Assembly: GCA_943348755.1 (NCBI GenBank)
Contig: CALQYS010000001.1
Span: 1,467-65,466 of the forward strand
Source: Candidatus Nomurabacteria bacterium
Lineage (GTDB): Bacteria > Patescibacteriota > Minisyncoccia > Phycocordibacterales > UBA9973
Reading direction: 5' to 3'
Length of the DNA: 64,000 bases
Positions 10,412 to 19,374 of this stretch are shown here, in pieces. Position 1 is the first letter of the stretch. Each line of letters begins with the position of its first letter. Below the pieces are notes generated by a model. It had not been told where the DNA came from and ran no database searches. It saw only the letters and a list, made by a program, of their open reading frames with translations. The position numbers were made by a program, and so were the translations under genes.

Positions 10412-11611
10412 ATGGGAATTTTTTCAAGAAATAAAGAAAAAAGTAAACTCGTGTTGGTTTTTTATGTTGGATCTTCTTCTGTCGGTGGAGCACTTTTTTG
10501 GACAGATAAATCCGGAACCCCAAAGATAATCTACTCTGTTCGAGAACCAATAACTTTAGAGGAGGATATCAAGGCTGATCGATTCTTGTCTTCCACTATT
10601 AAATCTTTAAAAATTGTCGCCAATCTTATACACAATGCGGGCGTTGGTGTACCAGAAGAGGTATTTTGCGTTCTTTCTTCACTTTGGTATGTTTCTCAAA
10701 CTAGAGTTATAAAACTTGAAAAAAATGCTTCTTTTCTTTTTACCCCTAAATTAGCTGATGATTTAATTAAAAAAGAGGTAGCTTTATTTGAAGAAGAACA
10801 TTCAGCACAATACGCGCGTTCCGGTACCCCAGTCCGTTTGATTGAACTCAAGAACATTAAAACTACTCTAAACGGTTATGAAACATCAAATCCCATAAAT
10901 CAAAAGGGGAAAGATCTAGAAATGACCGTTTTTATTTCGATCAGCAGCGAACAAATATTAGGGAAGATCGAAGAAGCGATCAAAAAGCACTTTAATTTTA
11001 AAGAGATACATTTTTCTTCTTTTGCTCTTTCTTCTTTTGCAGTAATACGCGACATGTATGTACACAGCGAGAATTTTCTGTTGATTAATATTGGCGGAGA
11101 GGTGACAGATATATCTATGATTAAAAAGAATATATTGCATGAATCTATTTCTTTTCCTCTTGGCCTTAATTTCATAATACGTGGAGTTGCATCTTCATTT
11201 CGCTCATCACTTAGTCAAGCCAAATCACTCATCTCTCTTTTTAAAGATGGGCACGCAGAAGAGTCTGTAGTGAAAAAACTTACTCCCATTATGGATAAAT
11301 TAAAAAAAGAATGGCTTGTTAAATTTCAAGAGTCTTTATCTAATCTTTCTCATGATATTTCCGTCCCGGCGACTATTTATCTAGCAGTGGATAAAGAAAT
11401 GGCCACTTTTTTTTCAGAGATAATTAAAAACGAGCAGTTTAATCAATACACCCTAACTGAGTCAAAGTTCCAGGTTGTTTTTTTGGGCCCAGAAGTCTTT
11501 CATGGAATGGCAGTGTTTAAGGAGAATGTGGTTCGCGACCCTTTTCTGATTATTGATTCGATATATATCAATCGTTTTTTAATTAATCACGCCGAGTCTT
11601 CAAAAATATAA
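10412..11611 (+). CDS. FtsA/PilM-like actin-fold (ASKHA) protein, hypothetical
   Basis: Phosphate-1-like VLVFYVGSSSVGGALF and phosphate-2-like LLINIGGEVTDISMI motifs. Confidence 0.45.
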   Translation: MGIFSRNKEKSKLVLVFYVGSSSVGGALFWTDKSGTPKIIYSVREPITLEEDIKADRFLSSTIKSLKIVANLIHNAGVGVPEEVFCVLSSLWYVSQTRVIKLEKNASFLFTPKLADDLIKKEVALFEEEHSAQYARSGTPVRLIELKNIKTTLNGYETSNPINQKGKDLEMTVFISISSEQILGKIEEAIKKHFNFKEIHFSSFALSSFAVIRDMYVHSENFLLINIGGEVTDISMIKKNILHESISFPLGLNFIIRGVASSFRSSLSQAKSLISLFKDGHAEESVVKKLTPIMDKLKKEWLVKFQESLSNLSHDISVPATIYLAVDKEMATFFSEIIKNEQFNQYTLTESKFQVVFLGPEVFHGMAVFKENVVRDPFLIIDSIYINRFLINHAESSKI

Positions 11612-11613
11612 TT

Positions 11614-12876
11614 ATGGCCAAAAATTTACTACAAGATATGGTAAAAGTAAAAAAGGCTAGGGAAAAGATCCGTATTCCTGCTGAAGAGTTGCCCACTGGT
11701 GGGGTTAAGCAAGTAAAAGGTCAGGTTAAAAAACCTCGATACAAGATTTGGCTTGTAGCCATCATATCTATCACCTTTTTTATTTTTGCTGTTTCATATC
11801 TATTTACCAAAGCAGTGGTTACGGTGAATCCCAAAACTAAAGAATTAGTTTTAAATCAAGATTTATCAGCTAGTAAAGATTCTGCTACCGAAGGGTTGTC
11901 TTTTGATCTTGTTGTTATTTCCGGTGAGGAAAATAAAACGCTAAAAGCTGATAGTGAAAAAGATGTAAAGGAAGTGGCTACTGGTACAGTTGTAATTTAT
12001 AACGCTTTTGGCTATTCTCCACAGCCACTTTCGATAGATACAAGGCTTACTGGTTCAAACGGAAAAATTTATAAAACAAAAACCAAAACGGTTGTACCGG
12101 GAATGAAAAAGGATGGAATTCCTGGATCAGTAGAAGTAAAAATATATGCAAGTGTCGCAGGTGCAGAATATAATAGTATGCCGCTCGATTTCCAAATTTT
12201 TGGTTTCAAGGGGACTCCCAAATATTCTAAGATTTATGCTAGATCCAAAGGAGAAATAACGGGTGGATTTGTGGGGAAGGCCCCAGTCGTCTCGGATGCC
12301 GATAAGGCACAAGCTATTAGTGATCTTAAAACCACTCTCCAAAACAAGCTTCTTAAAAACGCTACAAACCAGATTCCCACAGGCTTTGTTTTGTTTAAGA
12401 ATGCAATTCTTCTCAACACTAATAATGTGAACAATGAACCAAATATTTCTTCGATTTACAATAAAGACAACAGCCTGACCCTAAAACTCAAGGGGACTTT
12501 AGAGGGTATTCTTTTAGATGAACAAAAACTAACGAAAAAGATTACGGAAAAAGATGTTGCTGAATATAGTGGTAGCCAAGTATATGTTTCAAATCTTCGA
12601 GATTTGAATTTCTCCATGTCTAATGGTGATACGAATATTTCTAATGATACCAAAAACATTAATTTTAATTTATCCGGTTCTGCCAAGGTTGTGTGGAAGT
12701 TAGATGAGACCAAGTTGGTAAACGATCTCCTAGGTAAATCGAAAAAAGATTTTAGTCAGATATTGTTACAATATCCAGGTGTTGATTCTGCAGATGTGGT
12801 TACCACTCCTTTTTGGAGGACATCTCTGCCCGATAAGTCAAAAGATATACAAGTGATTGTTAATTATCAGAAATAG
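11614..12876 (+). CDS. Hypothetical bitopic membrane protein (cytoplasmic basic N-terminus, one TM, large extracytoplasmic domain)
   Basis: TM helix IWLVAIISITFFIFAVSYLF; adjacent to the actin-fold gene, so possibly its membrane partner. Confidence 0.4.
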   Translation: MAKNLLQDMVKVKKAREKIRIPAEELPTGGVKQVKGQVKKPRYKIWLVAIISITFFIFAVSYLFTKAVVTVNPKTKELVLNQDLSASKDSATEGLSFDLVVISGEENKTLKADSEKDVKEVATGTVVIYNAFGYSPQPLSIDTRLTGSNGKIYKTKTKTVVPGMKKDGIPGSVEVKIYASVAGAEYNSMPLDFQIFGFKGTPKYSKIYARSKGEITGGFVGKAPVVSDADKAQAISDLKTTLQNKLLKNATNQIPTGFVLFKNAILLNTNNVNNEPNISSIYNKDNSLTLKLKGTLEGILLDEQKLTKKITEKDVAEYSGSQVYVSNLRDLNFSMSNGDTNISNDTKNINFNLSGSAKVVWKLDETKLVNDLLGKSKKDFSQILLQYPGVDSADVVTTPFWRTSLPDKSKDIQVIVNYQK

Positions 12877-12903
12877 TATTCAGTCTTTATTTTTCAAGCC
12901 CAT

Positions 12904-12932
12904 TTGACATTAATGTCTATATTTATTATAGT
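12904..12932 (+). promoter_or_regulatory. Sigma-70-type promoter TTGACA-N17-TATAGT upstream of infA
   Basis: Consensus -35 at 12904-12909 and -10 at 12927-12932; ATG at 12945. Confidence 0.45.
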
Positions 12933-12944
12933 TGTAACATATAC

Positions 12945-13178
12945 ATGAGCGATCCAAAAGACCTAAAAATATTAATGGCAAGGGGAGTAGTAACTGAAGC
13001 TCTACCTTCCACCCTGTTTAGAGTAAAAATAGAAGATAAAGTGGAAGGTGATAAAGAAATTCTCGCATATCTGGGTGGAAAAATGAGGATGCATAGGATC
13101 AAAGTTTTAATTGGAGATTCAGTCGAAATAGTATTAGACCCATATGGGGGAAAGGGACGTATCGTTAAAAGGTTGTAA
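12945..13178 (+). CDS. infA: Translation initiation factor IF-1
   Basis: S1-like OB fold; GKMRMHRIKVLIGD motif; 77 aa. Confidence 0.9.
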   Translation: MSDPKDLKILMARGVVTEALPSTLFRVKIEDKVEGDKEILAYLGGKMRMHRIKVLIGDSVEIVLDPYGGKGRIVKRL

Positions 13179-13289
13179 TTTTTAAAAGAATGGTGTATTA
13201 TAGTGGTTACCGCTTAACAACGGTTTTTTAGAAAGGAATAGATTGAAAAATAAGGGTTTTTCCTTGTTTTTTCTTTTTTTGTAATCAAT

Positions 13290-13400
13290 ATGAAAATAAG
13301 ATCAGCAGTAAAAAAAATTTGTGATAATTGCAAAATGGTTCGACGCCAGAGGCATTTACGTATAACTTGTTCTAATCCTAAGCATAAGCAAAAACAATAA
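13290..13400 (+). CDS. rpmJ: 50S ribosomal protein L36
   Basis: [36 protein letters not shown] (C-x2-C...C...H zinc ribbon); below the ORF-track size cutoff; coordinates within about 1 nt. Confidence 0.75.
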   Translation: MKIRSAVKKICDNCKMVRRQRHLRITCSNPKHKQKQ

Positions 13401-13404
13401 TCAT

Positions 13405-13785
13405 ATGAGAATAGCTGGAATTACAGTGCCAAATGAAAAGAGGCTTGAAATTGGACTAACTTGTCTTTACGGTATTGGTGTTTCAAGAGCACGAAAAATC
13501 TTAGACCAGGTTGGTATTGATCGTGGCAAGAAAGCTAAAGATTTAAGTTTAGACGAAGAGAATAAAATCCGTGTTGTGGTGGAGAGTATTCCAATCGAGG
13601 GAAATTTAAAAAGAGAGATATCAGCCAACATTAAGAGATTGAAAGATATTAAAAGTTACCGAGGCATTCGTCACATGAAAAGATTGCCCGTTCGCGGACA
13701 GAGAACAAAGACAAATTCAAGAACAGTCAGGGGTAATGTACGAAAGACAATGGCGTCCGGTAAGAGGAAAGAAACAAAGACATAA
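13405..13785 (+). CDS. rpsM: 30S ribosomal protein S13
   Basis: MRIAGITVP...GIGVSRARKIL; basic C-terminal tail. Confidence 0.95.
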   Translation: MRIAGITVPNEKRLEIGLTCLYGIGVSRARKILDQVGIDRGKKAKDLSLDEENKIRVVVESIPIEGNLKREISANIKRLKDIKSYRGIRHMKRLPVRGQRTKTNSRTVRGNVRKTMASGKRKETKT

Positions 13786-13788
13786 AAA

Positions 13789-14226
13789 ATGGCAAAAGAT
13801 AAAACAACAGAAGTAAAAAAAGAAGAGGTGGTGGTAGGAGCTGAAGCTCCTAAAGCCGCCCCAAAGACTCCCAAGAAAAAAGTAATTTCCGGTATTCTTT
13901 ACATTGATGCGACCTTTAATAATACAAAAGTACTTTTTGCGGATAAAATGGGGAACACACTTTTTTGGTCCAGTGCCGGAAGCTTGGGTTTTAGGGGAGC
14001 TAAAAAGGGTACCCCGTTTGCAGCTTCCAAGGTAGGTGATGTGATTGGAAGTAAGGCAGCCATTCTTGGAGTCAAAGATGCAGATGTAGTAGTTCTGGGG
14101 GTCGGATCTGGTCGTGAACCTGTGATCAGGGCATTCATGGCGCATGGCATTGAAATCAATTCTATCGCCGATAGTACCCCAGTGCCTCATAATGGACCTC
14201 AAGCGAAAAAGCCAAGACGAGTATAA
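13789..14226 (+). CDS. rpsK: 30S ribosomal protein S11
   Basis: ATFNNTKVLFADKMGN...GSLGFRGAKKGTPFAA. Confidence 0.95.
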   Translation: MAKDKTTEVKKEEVVVGAEAPKAAPKTPKKKVISGILYIDATFNNTKVLFADKMGNTLFWSSAGSLGFRGAKKGTPFAASKVGDVIGSKAAILGVKDADVVVLGVGSGREPVIRAFMAHGIEINSIADSTPVPHNGPQAKKPRRV

Positions 14227-14249
14227 AGTTAAAAGTATAAACAAGAATT

Positions 14250-14855
14250 ATGATAAGTAAACCAAAATTTAAAATTTGCAGAAGACTAGGACCGGGCGTT
14301 TATGACAAATGTCAAACTGCCAAGTTTTCGGCTACCACTGGTAAAATGGCTCTAGCAGGTGCGCGTCGTCCCAAGGCTCTGACCGAATATGGAGCTCAAC
14401 TTGTCGAAAAACAAAAAATTAGATTTTCATATGGCATCTCTGAACGTCAACTTTCCAATTATGTAAAGAAAGCATCTCTCGTTAAGGGAGTTGGCACTGT
14501 CGAAAAATTTTATGAAGAGCTCGAATCTCGTCTCGATAATGTGATTTATAGGATGGGGTTAGGGGCGAGCCGCAGAGCTACCCGCCAAATGGTCTCTCAT
14601 GGACATTTTATCGTCAATGGACAGCGAGTTACTATACCTTCTTATGAATTAAAGTCGGGTGATGTTATAAAAATTCGCGAAGGGTCAAAAAGTAAAAAAA
14701 TATTTGAAAATATGGCTGAAAAGATTAAAGATTACAATCCTCCAGCATGGTTAAGTTTTGATGCCGGAACCATGGAGGGAAAGATTTTAGATAAACCGAA
14801 AAATACGGAGAGTTTTATAGACCTTAACGCCGTGTTGGAGTTTTATAGTCGTTAA
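14250..14855 (+). CDS. rpsD: 30S ribosomal protein S4
   Basis: S4 domain; RLDNVIYRMGLGASRRATRQMVSHGHFIVNG. Confidence 0.95.
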   Translation: MISKPKFKICRRLGPGVYDKCQTAKFSATTGKMALAGARRPKALTEYGAQLVEKQKIRFSYGISERQLSNYVKKASLVKGVGTVEKFYEELESRLDNVIYRMGLGASRRATRQMVSHGHFIVNGQRVTIPSYELKSGDVIKIREGSKSKKIFENMAEKIKDYNPPAWLSFDAGTMEGKILDKPKNTESFIDLNAVLEFYSR

Positions 14856-14912
14856 CATTATTAATATTATTCAGCCCTATCGGCTGATTCGCCATTGAGG
14901 CGAAAAAAAATT

Positions 14913-15893
14913 ATGCCAGAATATAAAATAGTTATGCCTTCCAAGCCTCGTGTCGTAAAAGAGGAGGAAAATAAGGGAGTATATGAAATAGATGGTCTAT
15001 ATCCAGGGTATGGTCATACATTGGGGAATAGCTTGAGACGAATCATCTTGTCTTCATTGCCTGGTGCTAGTATAACCTCTATTAAGATCGATGGCGTAAA
15101 CCACGAGTTTCAAACTCTCGACGGAATAAAAGAAGACGTGATTGTCATGATTTTGAATTTAAAAAGAGCTAGTTTCAAGATGATATCTGACGAGCCTCAG
15201 GTAATTACTCTTTCTGTAAAAGGTCCAAAAAGCGTTACCGCCGGAGATATAAAGACTGGCGGGCAAGTCGAGATCTTAAATCCTGAGCTTCACATTGTGG
15301 ATGTAACAGGTAAAGTTAATTTAAATATTGAAATAAGGATTGAGAAAGGGTTAGGTTTCATTCCTAAAGAAATTTTCCAGAAGGATAAAGTTGATGTCGG
15401 CACTATTGCGGTAGATGCTATCTTTACTCCGATCCGCCGAGTCTCTTATGAGGTTGAAAACATGCGTGTTGGTGACAAGACAAACCATAACCGCCTACGT
15501 ATCTCCCTTGAAACAGATGGTACATTAACTCCTCGCGAAGCTCTCTCGCGTTCTATAGAGATTATGATTAATCAACTCAAAGCCATTGTTGATTTTAAAG
15601 AACCAGAAGTTCCTGTGACTGAAGAGCCAGAAGTTCAAGCCAAAGGTGCTGCAAAGGAAGATGGTGAAGAAAAGAAGGGAGAGTCCTTTGCTGATGTTCT
15701 AAAGACCAGGACTGACAGCCTCGATCTTTCAACTAGGACACTGAACGCTCTGACTGGTGCAAACATCCGCACATTGGGGGGATTGGCTCGAAAGAAGAGG
15801 GAAGATTTACTTGAAGTTGAGGGTATTGGAGAAAAAGGAATTTCTGAGATTAAAAAAGTACTTGGGAATTTCGGTCTTAACTTAAAAGAATAA
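14913..15893 (+). CDS. rpoA: DNA-directed RNA polymerase alpha subunit
   Basis: N-terminal dimerisation domain and C-terminal aCTD (RTLNALTGANIRTLGGL); start taken at the internal ATG at 14913. Confidence 0.9.
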   Translation: MPEYKIVMPSKPRVVKEEENKGVYEIDGLYPGYGHTLGNSLRRIILSSLPGASITSIKIDGVNHEFQTLDGIKEDVIVMILNLKRASFKMISDEPQVITLSVKGPKSVTAGDIKTGGQVEILNPELHIVDVTGKVNLNIEIRIEKGLGFIPKEIFQKDKVDVGTIAVDAIFTPIRRVSYEVENMRVGDKTNHNRLRISLETDGTLTPREALSRSIEIMINQLKAIVDFKEPEVPVTEEPEVQAKGAAKEDGEEKKGESFADVLKTRTDSLDLSTRTLNALTGANIRTLGGLARKKREDLLEVEGIGEKGISEIKKVLGNFGLNLKE

Positions 15894-15896
15894 TAT

Positions 15897-16250
15897 ATGC
15901 GACACGGTAATAATAAAAGAAAATTTGGTAGAGTTCGAAAAGTTAGGAATGCTTTGATTAATACTCTCGCATTGAATTTGATCGTGCGTGGAAAGATAAA
16001 AACAACTGAGCCAAAAGCAAAGGAGTTACGACCCTTTATTGAAAAGCTAGTAACTGATGCGAAAAGGGGAGATGCAGCTACTCGCCGAGTGATCATTTCC
16101 AAGCTTATGAATCGACGTCCAGAAGTCAAAAAGCTTTTTGATGTTATTTCCCCGAAGTATGCTGATCGAAAAGGTGGATACACAAGGGTTTTAAAATTAG
16201 GAGCGAGAAAGTCGGATGGTGCAAAAATGGCCATTATTGAGTTTGTATAA
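15897..16250 (+). CDS. rplQ: 50S ribosomal protein L17
   Basis: MRHGNNKRKFGR...GGYTRVLKLGARKSDGAKMAIIEFV. Confidence 0.9.
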   Translation: MRHGNNKRKFGRVRKVRNALINTLALNLIVRGKIKTTEPKAKELRPFIEKLVTDAKRGDAATRRVIISKLMNRRPEVKKLFDVISPKYADRKGGYTRVLKLGARKSDGAKMAIIEFV

Positions 16251-16255
16251 AAATT

Positions 16256-16624
16256 ATGAAAAATATCAAAGAGCAGAAAAAAGAAATAGTAATCGATAGC
16301 AGTGGCAGGACTCTCGGACGAGTGGCGAGCGAGGTGGCTATGTCTCTAATGGGCAAGACCAAGGCGACTTTCGAGCGCAATGTATATTCTGGTTTTCCGG
16401 TAAAAGTCATTAATGCTTCTAAGGTTCGTATCACTGCAAAAAAGCTGGATTCGATTTATCACACTCGATATTCCGGCATTCCGGGCGGATTGCGTATTTT
16501 AAAGGGCACAGAAACAGCTGAGAAAAGAGGGTTGAAAGAGTTGATCAAGCTCGCGACAGAACAGATGCTTCCTGACAACAAGCTACGAAGGACAATGATG
16601 AAAAATTTAAAAATAGAGGATTAA
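16256..16624 (+). CDS. rplM: 50S ribosomal protein L13
   Basis: GRTLGRVASEVAMSLMGK...HTRYSGIPGG pattern matches the L13 family. Confidence 0.85.
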   Translation: MKNIKEQKKEIVIDSSGRTLGRVASEVAMSLMGKTKATFERNVYSGFPVKVINASKVRITAKKLDSIYHTRYSGIPGGLRILKGTETAEKRGLKELIKLATEQMLPDNKLRRTMMKNLKIED

Positions 16625-16630
16625 TATTTT

Positions 16631-17056
16631 ATGGATAAAGAAACAAAAGGGAAATACATAGAAGCTGTAGGTAGAAGGAAGACTTCAACCGCTCGCGTTC
16701 GCATTAACGAATCAGCTAAAGCTAGTTTCGTAGTGAATGACAGAGATGCAAAAGATTATTTTAAAACAGAAGGTGAACGTCGTCTGATCTTGGGTCCAAT
16801 CGTAAATGGAATCAAGGCAGAGGCAGGCAAGGTAGTCCCAAAGTGGAACGTCGAGGTTCACGTCATGGGTGGTGGAACTCACAGCCAAGCGGAAGCTATC
16901 AGCCACGGCCTCGCTCGAGCCCTCGTAGCTTTTAATGTAGAACTTCGTGGAAATCTAAAAACACTCGGATACTTGAAACGCGATCCTAGGGCAAAAGAGC
17001 GTCGCAAATTCGGTCTCAAAAAAGCTCGAAAGGCTCCTCAGTGGTCAAAGAGATAG
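16631..17056 (+). CDS. rpsI: 30S ribosomal protein S9
   Basis: GGGTHSQAEAISHGLARAL...KRDPRAKERRKFGLKKARKAPQWSKR. Confidence 0.9.
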   Translation: MDKETKGKYIEAVGRRKTSTARVRINESAKASFVVNDRDAKDYFKTEGERRLILGPIVNGIKAEAGKVVPKWNVEVHVMGGGTHSQAEAISHGLARALVAFNVELRGNLKTLGYLKRDPRAKERRKFGLKKARKAPQWSKR

Positions 17057-17061
17057 AAAAA

Positions 17062-17088
17062 ATCCCTCTGGAAAGAGGGATTTTTTTA
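17062..17088 (+). terminator. Rho-independent terminator after rpsI (ATCCCTCT-GGAA-AGAGGGAT plus T7)
   Basis: Perfect 8-bp stem with tetraloop followed by TTTTTTT. Confidence 0.7.
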
Positions 17089-17097
17089 TGTTAGAAT
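17089..17097 (+). promoter_or_regulatory. Extended -10 promoter TGtTAGAAT placed 6 nt before the grpE ATG (leaderless transcript)
   Basis: TG at 17089-17090, hexamer TAGAAT at 17092-17097, ATG at 17104. Confidence 0.45.
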
Positions 17098-17103
17098 GCA
17101 CAC

Positions 17104-17730
17104 ATGAGTGAAGAACCTGCCCGCAATGCTTCGCATAACGATGCAGGCGGGGAAAATAAAAAAGACCCAGAAAATACTTTAGATAATTCTGAAGTTGTTG
17201 AAATGGAATTCAACGAAGATGGCGAGGAGGATCTAAAGAAAACTTTAAAGAAACTTCGAGCCGATTTGAAGGAAGCTAAGGCTCAAAAGGAAGAATATTT
17301 GACTGGCTGGCAGAAAGAGCGGGCGGAGTTTGCTAACTATAAAAAGGGGGAAGACGACCGCAAGGCGATGTTCTCGGAATCAGTGCGTGAGAGGATACTT
17401 GCTCGTTTTTTGACCGTTATCGATAGTTTCAACATGGCTTTTGCTAATAAGGAAGCATGGGAAAAGGTAGATGCAAACTGGAGACAGGGGGTGGAATATA
17501 TTTATGGACAGATGAACACTATATTTGAAGAATATGGGGTAAAGCCAGTGGGAATTGTGGGAGAGACTTTCGATCCGAACATCCACCAGCCGATCGAGAT
17601 GGTTTCGACAGACCAAAAAGAGCAAGACCACAAAGTTTCCGTTGTCATCCAAAAGGGCTACAAGTTGGGCGGCAGAGTGATGCGTCCAGCCAGGGTGAAT
17701 GTTTATGAGTACAAAGAAAGAGTTGAGTAA
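17104..17730 (+). CDS. grpE: Nucleotide exchange factor GrpE
   Basis: Acidic N-terminus, coiled-coil, C-terminal GrpE fold motifs (RFLTVIDSF...GVKPVGIVGETFDPNIHQPIEMV). Confidence 0.85.
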   Translation: MSEEPARNASHNDAGGENKKDPENTLDNSEVVEMEFNEDGEEDLKKTLKKLRADLKEAKAQKEEYLTGWQKERAEFANYKKGEDDRKAMFSESVRERILARFLTVIDSFNMAFANKEAWEKVDANWRQGVEYIYGQMNTIFEEYGVKPVGIVGETFDPNIHQPIEMVSTDQKEQDHKVSVVIQKGYKLGGRVMRPARVNVYEYKERVE

Positions 17731-19372
17731 AATTTGTACCGATTGTAAGGAAGAATTCATAATAAATTCTGGTGATTTAGATTTATACAAAAAAGTTGGG
17801 CTAGAGTTGCCGACTTCTTGTTTTCTTTGTCGAATAAAGCACTTATTTTCTTTTTGGACTTTTGGAAAATTTCGCAAAGGCAAGTCTGATCTCTCGGGGG
17901 AAAGTTTAATCACCGTCTTGCCGAAAAAGAGCCGATATCCTATTTATAAACTCTCCGAGTGGCATAGCGACAAATGGGATGCCATGGATTATGGAGCAGA
18001 TTACGATCCCAAAAAGTTATTTTTTGAACAATTTAAAAATCTTCAGGAAAAAGTACCCAGGCCGCATCAAAATGGCACTAAAAATACTGGTTGTGATTGG
18101 TCTGAGGATGTCTGGAGTTCCAAGAACTGCTATCTGTCACGTTCAATGTTGAACTGTGAAGATTTATTTTATTCATATAGAAATTTGAATGTAAAAAATT
18201 CTATTGATGTAGTAATTTGTTTTGATTGTGAAAAATGTTACAGCTCTGGAGAATGCCATAATTCATATAGACTTTTCTATTCAAGGCATTCTCGCGATTG
18301 TATAGATTCATATTTCCTTTACGACTGCCGCAATTGCCAGAATTGTTTCATGTCATGGAATCTTCGCAATAAATCTTATTGCATAGAAAATGTTCAGTAT
18401 TCCAAGGAAGCTTATGAGGAAAAATTGAAGTCTTTTAATCTGGGCTCTTATGAATCTGTCCAATCTTTAAAACGCCGTTTTGAACTTTTGGCGGGGGAGG
18501 AAGCAGTACATAGAGAGAATTTTAATTTGAATGCATCTAATTCGAGTGGCAATTATCTAATAGATGTTAAAAATTGCCAAAATTGCAATACTATATCGGA
18601 GTCTGAAGATTCTGCAAACTGTGTTCGTAATCTCGGATTGAAATCCAGCATCGATATTGTCGGTTCTCAGCATCCGGAATTATCAGGTAATTGTTGTTTT
18701 TGTCAGGGCAAAATATATTCTCTCAAATACTCTTTTGGGTCCACTTCTCGCTATTCCGAATATCTAGACTTATGCATAGAATGCGAATATTGCTTCGGCT
18801 GTGTTGGTCTCAAAAAGAAAAAATATTGCATTTTGAATAAACAATATACCGAAGACGAATACGAGGCGCTGAAAAATAAAATTATTGCGGAGATGAAGAA
18901 TAGGGGAGAATACGGTAAATTTTTGCCTTATTCCATGAGCGCCGGACCCTTCAATTTCTCTAACGGATTCTTTTATTTTCCGGAGACAAAAAAAGAAGAT
19001 ATCTTGAGACTTGGCGGATACTGGGAAGACATAGACGAAACTCACATAGAAGGCACTGCCACAAGTGAATTGCCCGATTCCATTTCTGATGTCGAAGATG
19101 ACATCACTACCAAAGCTCTTATCTGTCCTGAAACTGGCTGGCGTTTCAATATATCTCAAAACGAGCTTATTTTTTATAGAGAAAACAATATACCGTTACC
19201 TAGGTATCACTTTGACGTAAGGATAAAAAAGGCTCTAAAATATCTTACTGTTCTTCAATCATATCCATATAAATGTTTTTACTGCCAAAAAGATATAATG
19301 GCTTATTATCCACCAGAGTGGGGTTATAAGAAGATTGCTTGCGAGAATTGTTACAAACAAAATATAGCCTAG
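17699..19372 (+). CDS. Cys-rich zinc-ribbon repeat protein, family member B1 (divergent)
   Basis: CTDCKEEF..YKKVGLELPTSCFLCR N-terminus; W.SDKWD..DYG.DYD..K.FFEQ; duplicated K[SK]YCI.N.QY[ST]KE.YE; overlaps the grpE end by ~30 nt. Confidence 0.65.
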   Translation: MFMSTKKELSKICTDCKEEFIINSGDLDLYKKVGLELPTSCFLCRIKHLFSFWTFGKFRKGKSDLSGESLITVLPKKSRYPIYKLSEWHSDKWDAMDYGADYDPKKLFFEQFKNLQEKVPRPHQNGTKNTGCDWSEDVWSSKNCYLSRSMLNCEDLFYSYRNLNVKNSIDVVICFDCEKCYSSGECHNSYRLFYSRHSRDCIDSYFLYDCRNCQNCFMSWNLRNKSYCIENVQYSKEAYEEKLKSFNLGSYESVQSLKRRFELLAGEEAVHRENFNLNASNSSGNYLIDVKNCQNCNTISESEDSANCVRNLGLKSSIDIVGSQHPELSGNCCFCQGKIYSLKYSFGSTSRYSEYLDLCIECEYCFGCVGLKKKKYCILNKQYTEDEYEALKNKIIAEMKNRGEYGKFLPYSMSAGPFNFSNGFFYFPETKKEDILRLGGYWEDIDETHIEGTATSELPDSISDVEDDITTKALICPETGWRFNISQNELIFYRENNIPLPRYHFDVRIKKALKYLTVLQSYPYKCFYCQKDIMAYYPPEWGYKKIACENCYKQNIA

Positions 19373-19374
19373 AC

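Noticed and set aside
13290-13785. Apparent in-frame fusion of rpmJ (L36) with rpsM and an apparent frameshift near the rpsM 3' end when reading the sequence by eye
   Set aside because: The supplied ORF track starts rpsM at 13405 and ends it at 13785, which fits separate genes. My off-by-one base counts at 13380 and 13740 were most likely transcription slips on my part, not real frameshifts.
17040-17110. Search for CIRCE (TTAGCACTC-N9-GAGTGCTAA) or HAIR (CTTGAGT-N7-ACTCAAG) heat-shock operators upstream of grpE and dnaK
   Set aside because: No matching inverted repeat is seen in 17040-17104 or 23322-23526. Only sigma-70-like hexamers are present.
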